From NCBI GenBank assembly GCA_964016885.1, contig OZ024742.1:138260001-138324000 (forward strand): a DNA stretch of 64,000 nt, read 5' to 3'. The notes beneath the pieces are model-generated. The model was not told the DNA's origin, made no database searches, and saw only the letters and a program-made list of their open reading frames with translations. Positions 27,201 through 40,139 of this stretch are shown here, one piece after another. Made by a program: the position numbers and the translations under genes. Position 1 is the stretch's first letter, and every line of letters begins with the position of its first letter. This DNA comes from Eledone cirrhosa (taxonomy: Eukaryota).

Positions 27201-27303
27201 AGACCTTCAAGATAGTAAAGAATCATCTGTACTCTACCAACATGCTATAATAGAACATAAGGGTAAATTAACATGTTTGATTTACTTATTTTATATATAT
27301 ATA

Positions 27304-27350
<47 letters not shown>

Positions 27351-27496
27351 TAGAAATAGAAGCTTTCGTACTGTTTTTGACTATTTATATATAAAGTATG
27401 TGGGATTCAAGTCACTGTTGGAGACGATCCTCGTACTAGCATCAAGGGCTTCAAACTGCCTGGGAATGTAGTTACACGCTTAACTAACATACACTT

Positions 27497-27542
<46 letters not shown>

Positions 27543-27544
27543 CC

Positions 27545-27585
<41 letters not shown>

Positions 27586-27609
27586 ACACACACACACACA
27601 CACACACAC

Positions 27610-28010
27610 CAACACGTGTGCGTAACTACAGTTCCAGGCGGGGTGCCCGTTCGAAACCCTCGACGATGCAGTTAGGAGTTCCGTCTGCAACAGTGACTTT
27701 GAACCCACAGGTAGTGGGTCCCGTGCGAAATGTATATTGTCGTCTCCATATATCGTCGGGAATATTGGCAATGACACTACCGCCTGCCCTGGGAGGCATG
27801 AGTTGGACACACAGACATTTTATAACACGAAACCCCGTGGAGCAAACTTAACGATTGCCAACTACAACGTTAAAACTCATACAGGTAGGGAGTAAACCAG
27901 TAAAGGAAGCCAGATGTTACCGGCTAGGTATAGTCAGAGTTTCCTCATCAAATTCCGAGGCTTTGTATCCGTAGTTTTGGTTGGAGGACTGAACAACCAC
28001 TACTCAGGAG
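27610..28010 (+). mobile_element. RTE-like LINE 5' fragment (5' UTR plus APE endonuclease start)
   Basis: KLTIANYNVKT...KEARCYRLGIV resembles the N-terminus of RTE APE endonucleases. Confidence 0.55.
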
Positions 28011-31000
28011 ACAATTGTTGGCACCGACTGTTTTTTTTTAAATAAAATGAAATATATACTGAGCATATAATTCCTATGGAAGAACAATACATCCATAGTA
28101 CAAACTATTTTAATAAGGACTATAGATATTTAGCATTTTCAAACATTTTGTAGTGATGTTACGATTTCTAATTTTTTTGACTGACACTATATTTACGTTG
28201 TTAAATCATCTCAAACAATTCTATGTAAAACAGAGAAACTGAATTAAGAATTGGAATGCATTATTTTGTAGAATACAGTATGCATTTCGGAAGATTTAAA
28301 ACATTAGATGGAACATTTATAGTATTACATTCATGATTCTCGTAATAGAAATGAAGATATATTAGCTCGAAGTCCATTCTTAAAACTAGTTATTAGAGGA
28401 ATGAAAACAGTTTTTCAATGATATACTGAACTTCAAATTTTCTATGAAATCCAGTAACTTTTGTTGGTGACACACTTTTCATAAAGCATTTATACACACC
28501 CGCACAAATGTGTGCAAAGAGCGGCCATTTTCCTCTTGTGTATTTGTGTGTATTCTTCTACGTATTTGTGTCTGGGTTGAACAATTTTTCTCTATCACCG
28601 TTTTAATGGAAGTTATTTAATTATCAGAATCTAAAAAGGAAAAACTTTGTGCAGTGGGTGTTAAGCAGGTATAAGAAAAATTAAATTTAAATGTTTGTAT
28701 ACTTGAGTGCATGTGCTTTATCTTCGCAGTTAATTTACACTAATCGCATGAGCTTAAGAATAATGATATACCTTATATAAATGCAAAATATTGATTCCTG
28801 AATGTTGCCGAATGGTAGCTGAAAATAGTATTAATGGATCCCGGCTGCATTAAAGAAATTCAATTTTACAATCCTTGTGAAATCAATCCAGAGGATTGTT
28901 GGTTTATTTACTTTTTGCTTGCGTCATGTTTTGTACTTTACTTTTATTTCACATTTCCATGTTTATTATAGCGAAGAGTACCGAAAAGAGAATAGAAATA
29001 AAAATTGATGAATAATTAAAGGTAAAATGTGGAAACATGCAACGGCGTGCAGGTGGGATAACAATAGACATGAAAAAAAACAACGAAATAGAGTATTTAA
29101 GAAGAAGCGCTTGCTTGGATAATTGAAACACAGTAAGAAGTTAATGAAGAAGAAGAAAGATTTAAGGAAACTAAGTAAACAAATTTTTAAATGTCGTTGA
29201 AAGAATAAGTAAATAGAAATGATTGAATCAAAAAAAAAAAGGAAAGGAAGCTATGAACAAATAATGAATACTGCAAGCAAGTTTATTCAAAGAATAGACA
29301 AATAAGTGTAAGATTAATTGGAGGAAGGAATAAAACATATTGCTAAATAATTCTTGCTGTTGTCAACAAACAGAATTTATATTATCAGAATGAATTACTG
29401 TAAATTAATTACATCGAAAGAAGCCGTTGAACAATGTAATCAGCATTGTCAGGAATAGCAACAGATGATGAGACTCGGAGTCTGTATAATAAATTGTTTA
29501 AATCATTATTTTGTAATCTATACTATTTTACTGGTTTCGGCCTATGACTGTGAAAACGCTATAGCATCTCGTTTCATTAAAAACTGTTGGTGTTTCTCTT
29601 TCGATTTAATTTATGATTTGGTCGACCTATGTTCACATTATTGCCAGCATTCACCGTCTTTATACGGATGGATCGATAGGTCAATGTACTCTCTAAATAT
29701 ATAAGAGTGTCGGATGTAATATGAAGGTAATGCTTTACCATTATAAAACATAAAAACATATAACGAACACATCTATCTGTTTTTCCATCTATCTTCAGTA
29801 CATATACTATAATATGGTATCAGAATTGACGGCGTCGGGGAAGTGCATGTTTGCAATGTATGTTTTCATTTTAGATGTCTCTTGGATAGTCACTTTCAGC
29901 TCATTTAAGATAACATTATTTGGCAAAAAATGTTGATACATTTCCCTGGATATGTATTGAAATATCATTGCTAATTTACTGGAAATTCTAACTTAATCGA
30001 GAGTAAATATAGTCTTATCATTGCACCATGTTATGGCCGAGCAGTATACGATCAAAGATAACCAGTAACCATCATGTATAATGATTATTGGCCTTGTGCC
30101 AAAAGTAGAAACAATTATGTATAATGATTATCAGCTGTTCAACTGCCGATAAAGTGTCCTAAACTCGCAGCTAGGGACACATTTTCCACACCACCCAATG
30201 ACATTATACTGAATCCAGTGAGCCATTATTCACGTTAAAAGATGAACCCGTAAATTTAGTAGCTAAGTGAGTATATATGCATTTTCAGGTGTGCGTTTGT
30301 TCCTGCCAGTGAAACTTATGAATATATATTTGCAAAGAAAATAACCTTTGGACAGAACCGGAACACCGATTTTTTGTAAGCAATGTGTTGGGCGTCATTT
30401 GTTCTGGCCTCAGTTACAGACTCATATTTTGTTACTTTTGATGTCCAATAAACAGTTAACCAGTGTTTAAAACGTTGTAAACAAATTTTAGTATAAAATG
30501 TGTAAATAAATAAATCAATTACTTAATTAATAAGCCTTTTATACATCACATGAAATCAATTTCACCATAAGATAATTTTTCTATGCTTAGCAAATTGATA
30601 TAACACATCTATCGATATTTTCTGGTACAGTACACTTTAGGGAAGAATATGTAAACAGAGAAGACAGATGTAATAGAAAAATATCTTTCTCGAAAGAATT
30701 AAACATTAAACGTGCATGAATTTAGACTAATAGATTTCGAATAATTTTTATCAATATATTGACGAAAGAATGAGAAAAATTTTCCAATATTATTTGTTTT
30801 CTTTGAACCATATTATAATAGATTTAATTTACATAAATATTTGATTTTATGTATTCAATAGCACATTTTATTCTTTTTTCCTCGACAAAATATATATCGA
30901 TAAAAATTGAATATAACTTATTTTAAATCGATTACATTATCATACTATTTCTATAACATTATATTATATTATATTATATTATATTATATTATATTATATC

Positions 31001-31804
31001 ATATTATATTATATTTATTAATGATGAATTTTAGCTACATATGAAAATGAAATTAAAACTAGATTTGCTTTCATTTTTTGTTGATTTTAGATTTATTTAT
31101 ATTTTTAGGGGAGAGTTTCATTATTTCTAACCTAGTTGACATCGTGATATCAACATCCTGACACATGTTCAAATAAAAGAGTTTTAAAGTTGATTAAAAA
31201 AGGCCGAATATTCTCTTTTACATATTCGTATTTTATAGAACAGTCTGTATTTTTCTTTTGAAGTGAACGTGATAAGCTGACTCTCATTTGATCCGAATTA
31301 ATGAATTCTCTTCTATTCTATATGACATTATTTTCAATGACACGAGATTGCATTTCAGTCTCACACGAAGATTCGTGTATAAACATGCCAGAATACAAAA
31401 TGATCGCTAATTATATGTAAATGAGTGAATTTTAGAATAATATTAAGAGGGAATGGGTATATATACCAATCAATTACATGTTTTCTTACGATGGATTGGC
31501 TGATATAAAGACCTTCTGATGAGGGTCCAATTAGATCCGAAAATTGATGAAATGTGATCATCATTTTTTCAATTTGCAAGAAAATTCGTATTTTCTGGCA
31601 TGTTTACATCCCTACATATGAGATATGAATACACGTTGCTGCAGTCTCAGTGATGCACTGTTTATTGTTTATTTATACAGATATAGCTTTGCCATAAACT
31701 TCGTCTGTTGGTGCACGGAATAAAGTCATGTTTTCTCTAAAAAAAAGTTATTCCTCATTACATCCTTCTCTATCTTTACGTTTCTGCTTTTATTTATCAT
31801 TGTA

Positions 31805-31840
31805 TCTTCTGATGAAGGACTAGCGTTCGAAACCTTAAGA
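31805..31840 (+). ncRNA. Minimal hammerhead relic in a PLE-like end
   Basis: tctt-CTGATGA-a-ggac-tagc-gttc-GAAAC-CTT-aaga, shortly before (TC)n(TA)n. Confidence 0.55.
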
Positions 31841-31936
31841 CACTTTTCCTATTGTATCAAGTATTAAACTAATATATATATTCACTGTACTGTCTCGTTT
31901 TGCCGTGCATTTCTCCGTTCACATTTCGCATACATT

Positions 31937-32007
<71 letters not shown>

Positions 32008-32280
32008 AGTTTCTTTGTGTGTTTGTTTCTGAATACATTGATAATAATTAAAGTATTGACTGAAACCGCACTCTCCTGATCTACATCACTGTGTCTTTCA
32101 TTTTTATCTCGGAATTTTCGTAAATTTTAATCGACTTTAATCGATTATTTCTCCTACAATCTTTTAACATTTTTTTAGATGGGGTGTAATTAAAATGACC
32201 TTTGACATGCACAAATCAGCATTTCGTCTTTGAAGTCTCCTTTCCAGCACCCAGGTACTTTTTGTTCGTCTATCATGCTA

Positions 32281-33818
32281 TCTATATAAGGTAAAGACTC
32301 ACTACATCCACCTCTCTCTAACTAAAACGTAATATGTGTATTTCTGTCTGTGTGTATATATGTATATGTTTCAGTGTGTGTGTGTTTCTGTATATCCAAC
32401 AACGCAACAGACTTTAAAAAAACCTTTCATTCTGACAGGTGAATGTTGTTGTTAAGCTGACTCACTCGCCAACGACTCCTTTTTCTGAAAATGAAGGCTT
32501 TGAGCGAGGGAGGCCCTTGGGTTAGAGATAAGCGCTTCTCGGCCTTTTAAATTAATAGAAAAACACCGATTGAGATCGCAAAGAAGACTTTTATCCGAGG
32601 TTTTTTCCTGGTATCAACTAATGTGACGTCCAACATGCTCACAATCACCTTTCTCCCCCAAAATAGGATGGGAGGGACGAGGGGCTACCTATAAAGTATG
32701 TGTGTAAATCAACAATGGTTCTGATGCTGCCATGTTTGCACTACAAAAGTGGAATATGTTCCACGAGGTGACCAAATTCCAGCCCAGCTTATATATCAGT
32801 AGAAAGGAGGTGAACAGGAGTTGACCCACCGATTTTCCCAGCCTAGGGATTTCTTCTGTGGGAATTTTTTCTTTGTTAGGTTTTACGGTTTGTTTTTGAT
32901 TGATCTACATCCACTCAATCGCCAACAACTTCTTTTTCCGTAAACGGAAGGAGGGAGTGAATGGGGCTCTCAGAGTTACAGATAAGCACCTCTCAGTTGT
33001 TTACATTTATAGAAAAGCAATCCCTTGATACTGAAAGATATTTTGATCCGTCATCTTTATCTACTGTTGTGGAAAGCGTTGTAAACTTAAGTATTCCCAT
33101 AATTCGAATTCGACCATTCCAACAAGGAGTGACTGTGTGAAAGAGCAATGCTTGCCCACCTAAACATCACAATTTCTAAACACTCTGAAACCGTCCAGTA
33201 TATTGCCACACAAAAAGGTCACAGCCATGATTATGCAGTAGGACGCATATGGTTGCGACTGAGCTCCAACCTCCCATTATCGAAACCAATATCTTCACTG
33301 GATGTGGTAAGGGAGACATCGTATTTATACCTAGAATACTTCTAATATCAACAGATGTCCATTTTCCTTTCAAACGATTGCAATTCCTTGTGAGAGTCAG
33401 TTACGCAATGACAATTGATAAATCTCAAGGTCAAACACTGCAGGTTTTTGGTCTCCATCTAGAAGAAGTCTGTTTCTCACATAGTCAATTGTATGGCAGT
33501 GGCTCATGTGTAGGAAACCCCCGCAAACTCTTCATATATCCTAAAAAGATGTTAAAAACATTATATATACTGAAGTTCTGTAAATGCTTTATAAGTTTCG
33601 TAGAATACATTTTTCTATGATTTTTGTTTATTATTTTCTGTACTCTAAATACATTTCTGTATTCTAAATACATTTTTAAAGTTATGTTATGCAGTATTTA
33701 ATTACCTTTTAACATATTTTATATCAAGGAAAATTGGCATTATGAGTGATGCCTACAGGTGCCTTATAAATAGATTTAAGCAAAGTACAGACCGGGTCGA
33801 AATCCGGGAGGTCGCTAG
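32281..33818 (+). mobile_element. Internally deleted Helitron (Rep motif plus PIF1-like helicase C-terminus)
   Basis: IKYVCK..GSDAAMFAL at ~32690. ORF 33249-33620 has FIPRI..FPFKRLQF.VRVSYAMTIDKSQGQTL..FSHSQLY. 3' hairpin plus CTAG|T at 33815-33819. The candidate A|TC 5' end at 32281 is uncertain. Confidence 0.8.
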
Positions 33819-33848
33819 TATATATATATGTGTCTGTGTGTGTGTGTC

Positions 33849-33900
<52 letters not shown>

Positions 33901-35299
33901 CATGCGTGTGTGTGTGTGTGTGAGTGTGTGTGTGTTTGTGCGTGTGCGTTTGTGTGTGTGTGTGTGTGTATTGGTGTGTGCGTGCCAGGATATAGTGATA
34001 CAGAAAAGCTGAAATTGCGGGAAATCATGTAAAGAGAGGTAAACATGTAGAAGTGAAAGAAGGTAAAAACCACTTAATCAGCAAAGTATTTATTATCCTT
34101 TTTACTTTTTTACTCTTTGAATACGCTGGGCGCTTCCTGTTTTCGTTCGTATTGCTAAACATGGCATTCTTTATGTAAATTAATAAAGATGTGAAAAAAT
34201 AAATACAAGGTTACAAAAGTTCAAGTTAAAAGAATGAAAAACAGTAGAATAAAACATTATGAGTATGTACGATAAAAAAATATGAGTTGTAATATTGGCC
34301 AATCTGAAATTTCACACTGCAATACTAACTATAATCAGATACATTCTTCTGACTACTATGATTAACGATAATATTTACTCACCTCATAGAAATTTTATTG
34401 TGGCATACAGTGTCAGAGTTAAATTCATTCATGTTGAATAACAAGTCAAAGATAGAGCGAGAGAGATAGATAGGATGGGAGTAAGACACGGAGTACATAG
34501 CAATGAATTGAGTGAAGGTGGATGTAGATACTTATAAGGAGAATGTTATAAATTTAGTGTTCTCTTTCTTGCTTTTGTATTGGTAGTAGATAGAGGAACA
34601 CACGTTATTATTATATTGGTAATTTGATGGAAACCATGACAATGTGAAGTAATCAAAGGAATGGAAAAAAAAAAGAAAAATAGAATTACACCGTATATAC
34701 GAGAACAAATTTAGAAAATAAATATCTTCTCAAGATTTCCCGTTATATGTTAGATGAAACAAAAGATAACGACATAGTGAACATCTAGAAAAGAGGTGGA
34801 GAGGCTGGGGAAGCATACGGATACGAAAAGATTGTGAGACATTGTCTAAAGTGTCTGCTGATTTCATGTGTGGAGTTCATTTGCTTAGTAGTTAGGGTGT
34901 TCGGTTCTGCAGTTGTTTTTCGCAATGAGTCAATTACATTATGTGGAAATTGGTTATTGAATGCTCAGGCACTTGCAAGTTAATTACCAATTTTATGATC
35001 AGGAAGTGCTACACTTGTTGTCGAAACTGACGAAGATCTAATATCCAAGTACTGTGTAACTTAAAATGGGTTAATGGTGAGAAAGATCGACTTGCTATCA
35101 TACAATTCGAATTTCGCTCCTACTACAGGGTAAATACACCATAAGATAGATTGAATGGTCCTCTTAACTTCAAATATGTTGAATGAATTAGAGTAGGCAA
35201 AACCTGTCTACGATCCGTCAGGTACAGTGTGTATCACAAATTACGCCAACGTGTCATCTTCAGTGTCTAAGCGTATCCAGATTTATCTGATTTATATTC

Positions 35300-35615
35300 T
35301 ATACTCGGACAACACTCTTTGTGGCATATAGTTGCGTCCCTATACGTTCTGAGTTCAAATCTCACCAAGATTAGCTTTCCCTTTCAGCCTTTACGGGGTC
35401 GATAATATAATGTACCAGTAACGCAATGGGGTCGATTTAATAGACTGCCCCCTCCCCCGCAAAATTGTTAGCTTTGTGCCTAAGAAATCATTATTATAAT
35501 TTAAATCCCGCCGAGGTTGATTTTGCCTTTCATCCATACGGAGTCGATAAAATAAAGTACCAGTAATGTACTAGATAATTGCTGTCCTTGTGCTAAAAGT
35601 AGAAACAATTATAAT
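35300..35615 (+). mobile_element. Two adjacent SINE copies (older ~35300-35497, 5'-truncated ~35500-35615)
   Basis: Both match the 5577-5760 SINE core and end in ATT-rich tails. Confidence 0.75.
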
Positions 35616-36251
35616 TATATATATTTTTCACAACACAAAACCACAAATTCCGCAACCAGAGTACGTATTACATTCGATTATACACATATTGTTATGCAAA
35701 CATGTTGTAAATTTCTTGAGTGTCATATCGTACACTTAAGTACGATATATTGCTGTATTGAGACGAGTAAATTGCATGATTTTATATTTCAGTGCATATA
35801 AAAACATACAATGGGTACTGTGATGTTATATTTCAATAACCAAGTGAATATACTTTCTGTGCGTAATTTTACGTATATATATGAATATTTGCTTGATAAA
35901 TTAAAGTATTCATGTATGTGTACATACGACATCTGTGCGTGTGAGTGTAGAAGTATGAATTGTTACATTAAAAATATTATTTGTCAGAAGAGACGTCTAC
36001 CTCTGTCTCTTAGATAGTACTTTTCCGCTTTCATAATTTTTCTTCATAAAGTCTGCTTACATCACCTTATCATAGACAACGGCAACACCCATAATAACTG
36101 CCTTTTATACTGTGTCATGCAATATCGATTTCATTTGCGTGATCTACATGCAGTCTCGAATTTTAGAGTAGCAATCTAACGTAAATTTCAGTAATATAAT
36201 AAAAAAAGTATGTTATACTTCACCACTCACTCATACACACACACACACACA

Positions 36252-36319
<68 letters not shown>

Positions 36320-36437
36320 GAGAGAGAGAGTAATAATAATAAATGTGAAGACTAAAATTCGAAGAGGGCTCGATGAGGATAAATATATATCAAATATATA
36401 AAAACCATAGAGCAAATATATATATATATATATATAT

Positions 36438-37458
36438 ATGGTGGCTGCCAACTCGTTTTCGAGTACGGCCACTACTTTATATCCATGTACGGCCACTACT
36501 TTATATCCTACCGATGCGCTAAACAAGTGTGACCTTTTAGTCCAGCCAGCGACTTGAAAACTCTGGTACAAACACTACACCTGTGACAATTATTGACACA
36601 TAGTGCTGGGCCCATGGCACCATGAGACGACAAGTGAAGAGAGATCTCCAGATATAAAGCAATGGCTGTGCCGTGAAGCTTTTATAGTGAGCAAAAGCAC
36701 TGCACAAAGCCAGTCCCACTCTCTTAACCAAGATGATATTTACCAAAAAGAAGAACAAGTCAACATCATTGGATACCATCAGGGTTGCAGGTGTTATATC
36801 AGAGTTTTCCTTCTCCTAGAATTCTGCCTTGACAAAAGCTAAGGGGTCATCTCTCCCGGATATATATATACATGGTGACTGCCAACTCGTTTTCGAGTAC
36901 GGCCACTACTTTATATCCATGTAGGAGAACCCCTACCGATGCGCTGAACGAGTGTGACTTTTTAGTCCAGCCAGCGACTTGAAAACTCTGGTACAAACAC
37001 TACACTTGTGACAATTATTGACACATAGTGCTGGGCCCATGGTACTATGTAACGACAAGTGCAGAGAGATCTCCAGATATAAAGCAATGCCTGTGCCGTG
37101 AAGCTTTTATGGTGAGCAAAGGCACTGCACAAAGCCAGTCCCACTCTCTTAACCAAGATGATATTTACCAAAAAGAATAAGAAGTCAACATCATTGGATA
37201 CCATCAGGGTTGCAGGTGTTATATCAGAGTTGACAAAGGCTAAGGTGGTCATCTCTCCCGGTGATTTTGGATGGCCATTGACTCTTAAGAGCTTTTTTGC
37301 CCTTTGACAGGTTTTGTTTTTAGTCCTGCAGGATGTCCAAAGTCACCCTCCTCACCAAGAAACCTTGGTGGGGTTGCCAGTTTAGTCGCCAACGACCCGA
37401 CCATGAGACAGGTTGTACTGGGATACATGTTACCAGTAGCACCAACTGGTGACCTGAC
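36438..37458 (-). mobile_element. Non-coding element with ~400-bp tandem duplication, LINE-5'UTR-like
   Basis: 36438-36859 and 36872-37261 are direct repeats separated by a short (TA)n. A motif resembles the R4-like 5' UTR at ~52977-53025. Strand is inferred from that similarity. Confidence 0.5.
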
Positions 37459-37559
37459 ATAATATATATATATATATATACATACATTCATGAATTTACA
37501 TATGCATTTGTGTTAAGAAAACAACTGTTTAACAACGGTTTAAGCTCATGGCGAGATGA

Positions 37560-39344
37560 CACCGTGTAACAAAAAAAATAATTTCTCAGTACCTGGCTTG
37601 TAATCACTTTGTTTGTGTTGCTTAGGTCCCAAATAAAAAAAAAGTACTATTAAACAGTTAAAAGTTTGGGTTTGTAAAAGTTCTAAGCTATTCACTAGAA
37701 TTATTTGTATGCTGGATTTTACTTTGTATGTAAGTTTAATTTGCTTGTATTAAATGATTTTTTAATGTATGTTTCAGGTTAAATTAAAATTATTAAATAA
37801 AGAGTAATACCTAAAGAAAATTATAAAAGTGCAATAAAGTATAAAATTGTTAAAAAGTGGAGTAAAGAGATTTATTGATACTAGGGTACCAGAAAAAGTT
37901 CCTCATTTCCCAAACCAAAAAGAAGTCAATGATTTGGTCAGGGATATGGGTCTGACCAAGTCCAATGCAGAGCTATTTGTCTCCAGAATGAAGCAGTGGA
38001 ACTTGGTCAAGGTGGAAGTGCAGGTGACAAGTCAGAGAAGTCGACAAACCTATACCAGGCTTTTACACTCTTAGGGATCGCCTCTGCTTCTGCCATGACG
38101 TGCCTGGACTGTTTGACGTTATTGGGGTGCCGTTTGTGCCCAAAGAGTGGCGGCTATTTATAGACAGCTTCACCACAAGTTTGAAGGCTGTCCTCCTCCA
38201 CAATATAAACAAGTTCCCGACACTGTCCCTAGCTCATTCAGTCTGCCCGAAGGAAGATTACGACAGTGTGAAAGTCCTCTTGGAAGCTCTGCAATACAAC
38301 CTGTACAATTGGGAAATCATTGGAGACTTCAAGACGGTGGCTTTCCTACTTGGACTCCAAGGAGGCTTTATCAAATTCCAATGCTTCCTCTGCCTTTGGG
38401 ACAGCAGAGCCACCTCTGACCACTACAAAAGAAAGAACTGGGAGCAGCGAACAGAATTTGTAGTTGGGACCCTGAACGTCATGTGGGAGCCGCTGGTTGA
38501 TCCCAGGATTGTGCTCATGCCGCCACTGCACATTATGTTGGGTTTGATGAAGCAGTTTGTGAAGGCTCTCAACCAAGAATCAGCCGCTTTTAACTACCTT
38601 CTTGAGTTCTTCCCGAAGTTATCTGAGGCCAAAATCAAAGATGGAATTTTTGTGGGACCTCAGATAAAGAAGGTGTTTGAGTCTACCGACTTCTCCAATA
38701 AGCTCAATAGGATTGAGAGAATAGCATGGAACTGTTTCAAGGCAGTTGTTAAGGTCTTCCTGGGCAACTACAGAGCTGAAAATTACCAGCAACTGGCGAA
38801 GGATCTGATAAAGGCTTTTGGCGCCATGGGATGCAGGATCGCTTAAACTCCATATGCTGGAAGCTCAGCTGGAAGAATTCAAGGACAATAAGGGCACCTA
38901 CTCAGAAGACCAAGGTGAACGATTCCACCAAGATGTGAAAAAGACAGAGCGGAGGTACCAGAGCCACTACAATAAAAAATGATGGAGGACTATATCTGGG
39001 GGATAGTGCGGGAATGCGACCTGGACCACAACCGCAAATCTAGGAAATCCAGTCATTTCTAACGTGTATAAGTTGCTTTATAAGTGTTATTTATTTTTAC
39101 TTGTTGGCTTTTGATAAACTTGTGTAATAAAATAAATATATACTCTGTTGATTTAATTATATGAAGTGATACATTTTTTTTTAAATGTGTTTTTTCTTGA
39201 AAAATATGAACATTTCCAGATATCAAACTCCCGACCACAAGCCCAAACTTCTGATTAAATAATAGTGTATTTTTGTAATAATGGGATATAACAAACCAGT
39301 AAATGACACTTAGAACCGGGGAACAAAAAATATGTTACACGGTG
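37560..39344 (+). mobile_element. Chapaev3-like (CMC superfamily) DNA transposon with decayed transposase
   Basis: TIR CACCGTGTAACA / TGTTACACGGTG, flanked by tga / taa (TWA-like 3-bp TSD). Transposase motifs WRLFIDS, CFLCLWDSR, PPLHIMLGLMKQFVKAL and GERFHQD at 37870-39060, frameshifted. Confidence 0.85.
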
Positions 39345-39465
39345 TAATCTGCAGGTTTGATCCAATGTTTACGGCCCACTCATTGCATGGTTATATTATT
39401 CACATAGCATATATATATATGTATATATATATAAGCGAACAACCAAAGCTGTTAATTACACATTT

Positions 39466-39720
39466 TATTGATCGACATCTTTCGCCAGGCTAAGTAAAAC
39501 ATTCTCATTAAACCCAGCCCGGAATCTATAAAACTTTAAATTAACATTAAAAAAATATTAGGTCGTCGTTAGGTCGTTATGACATTTACAACGGCTGCGT
39601 TGGACTATTACGTTTGAAAGTAGTATTTTCTTAATGTTAATTTAAACGTTTATAGATCTGGATGAGCTGGGCTTAATGAGAAAGTGTTTATTTAGCCTGG
39701 CGAATCATATGTCGATCAAT
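39466..39720 (+). mobile_element. Small fold-back with decayed hammerhead (39655-39717)
   Basis: Arms about 39466-39560 / 39621-39720. gatc-TGGATGA-gctgggct..agcctggc-GAATC-atat-GTC-gatc. Confidence 0.6.
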
Positions 39721-40029
39721 TAAATATACAATATACGCTGTACGAACGTAAAATAACACACACACTCTCACACGCATACACACGCATACACACGCGCATA
39801 TGTATAGCTCGATATACAAAAAGGTTTCTTTTCCATTTCAGGTAGAAGCACTCCATCATCCACTTTTCTAAAAAAGTATATCATACACAAAAAGTCAGCA
39901 TCAACAGTTTTCCAAGATATGGCAACATTTAAAACCATTTTTTCCTATTCTGCCCTGCCTGTCCCTTCAATCATTCTAATACTGTACCGATAGTGTTGTT
40001 ATTTCTGTTTCCCTTTTACACACACACAC

Positions 40030-40106
<77 letters not shown>

Positions 40107-40139
40107 CGTGTGTATGTGTGTATGCATAGGGATTCTAAC

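Noticed and set aside
29465-29704. Cys-containing 79-aa ORF, and a minus-strand HHR-like relic within it
   Set aside because: The ORF length is compatible with chance. The relic lacks a convincing core and stem II.
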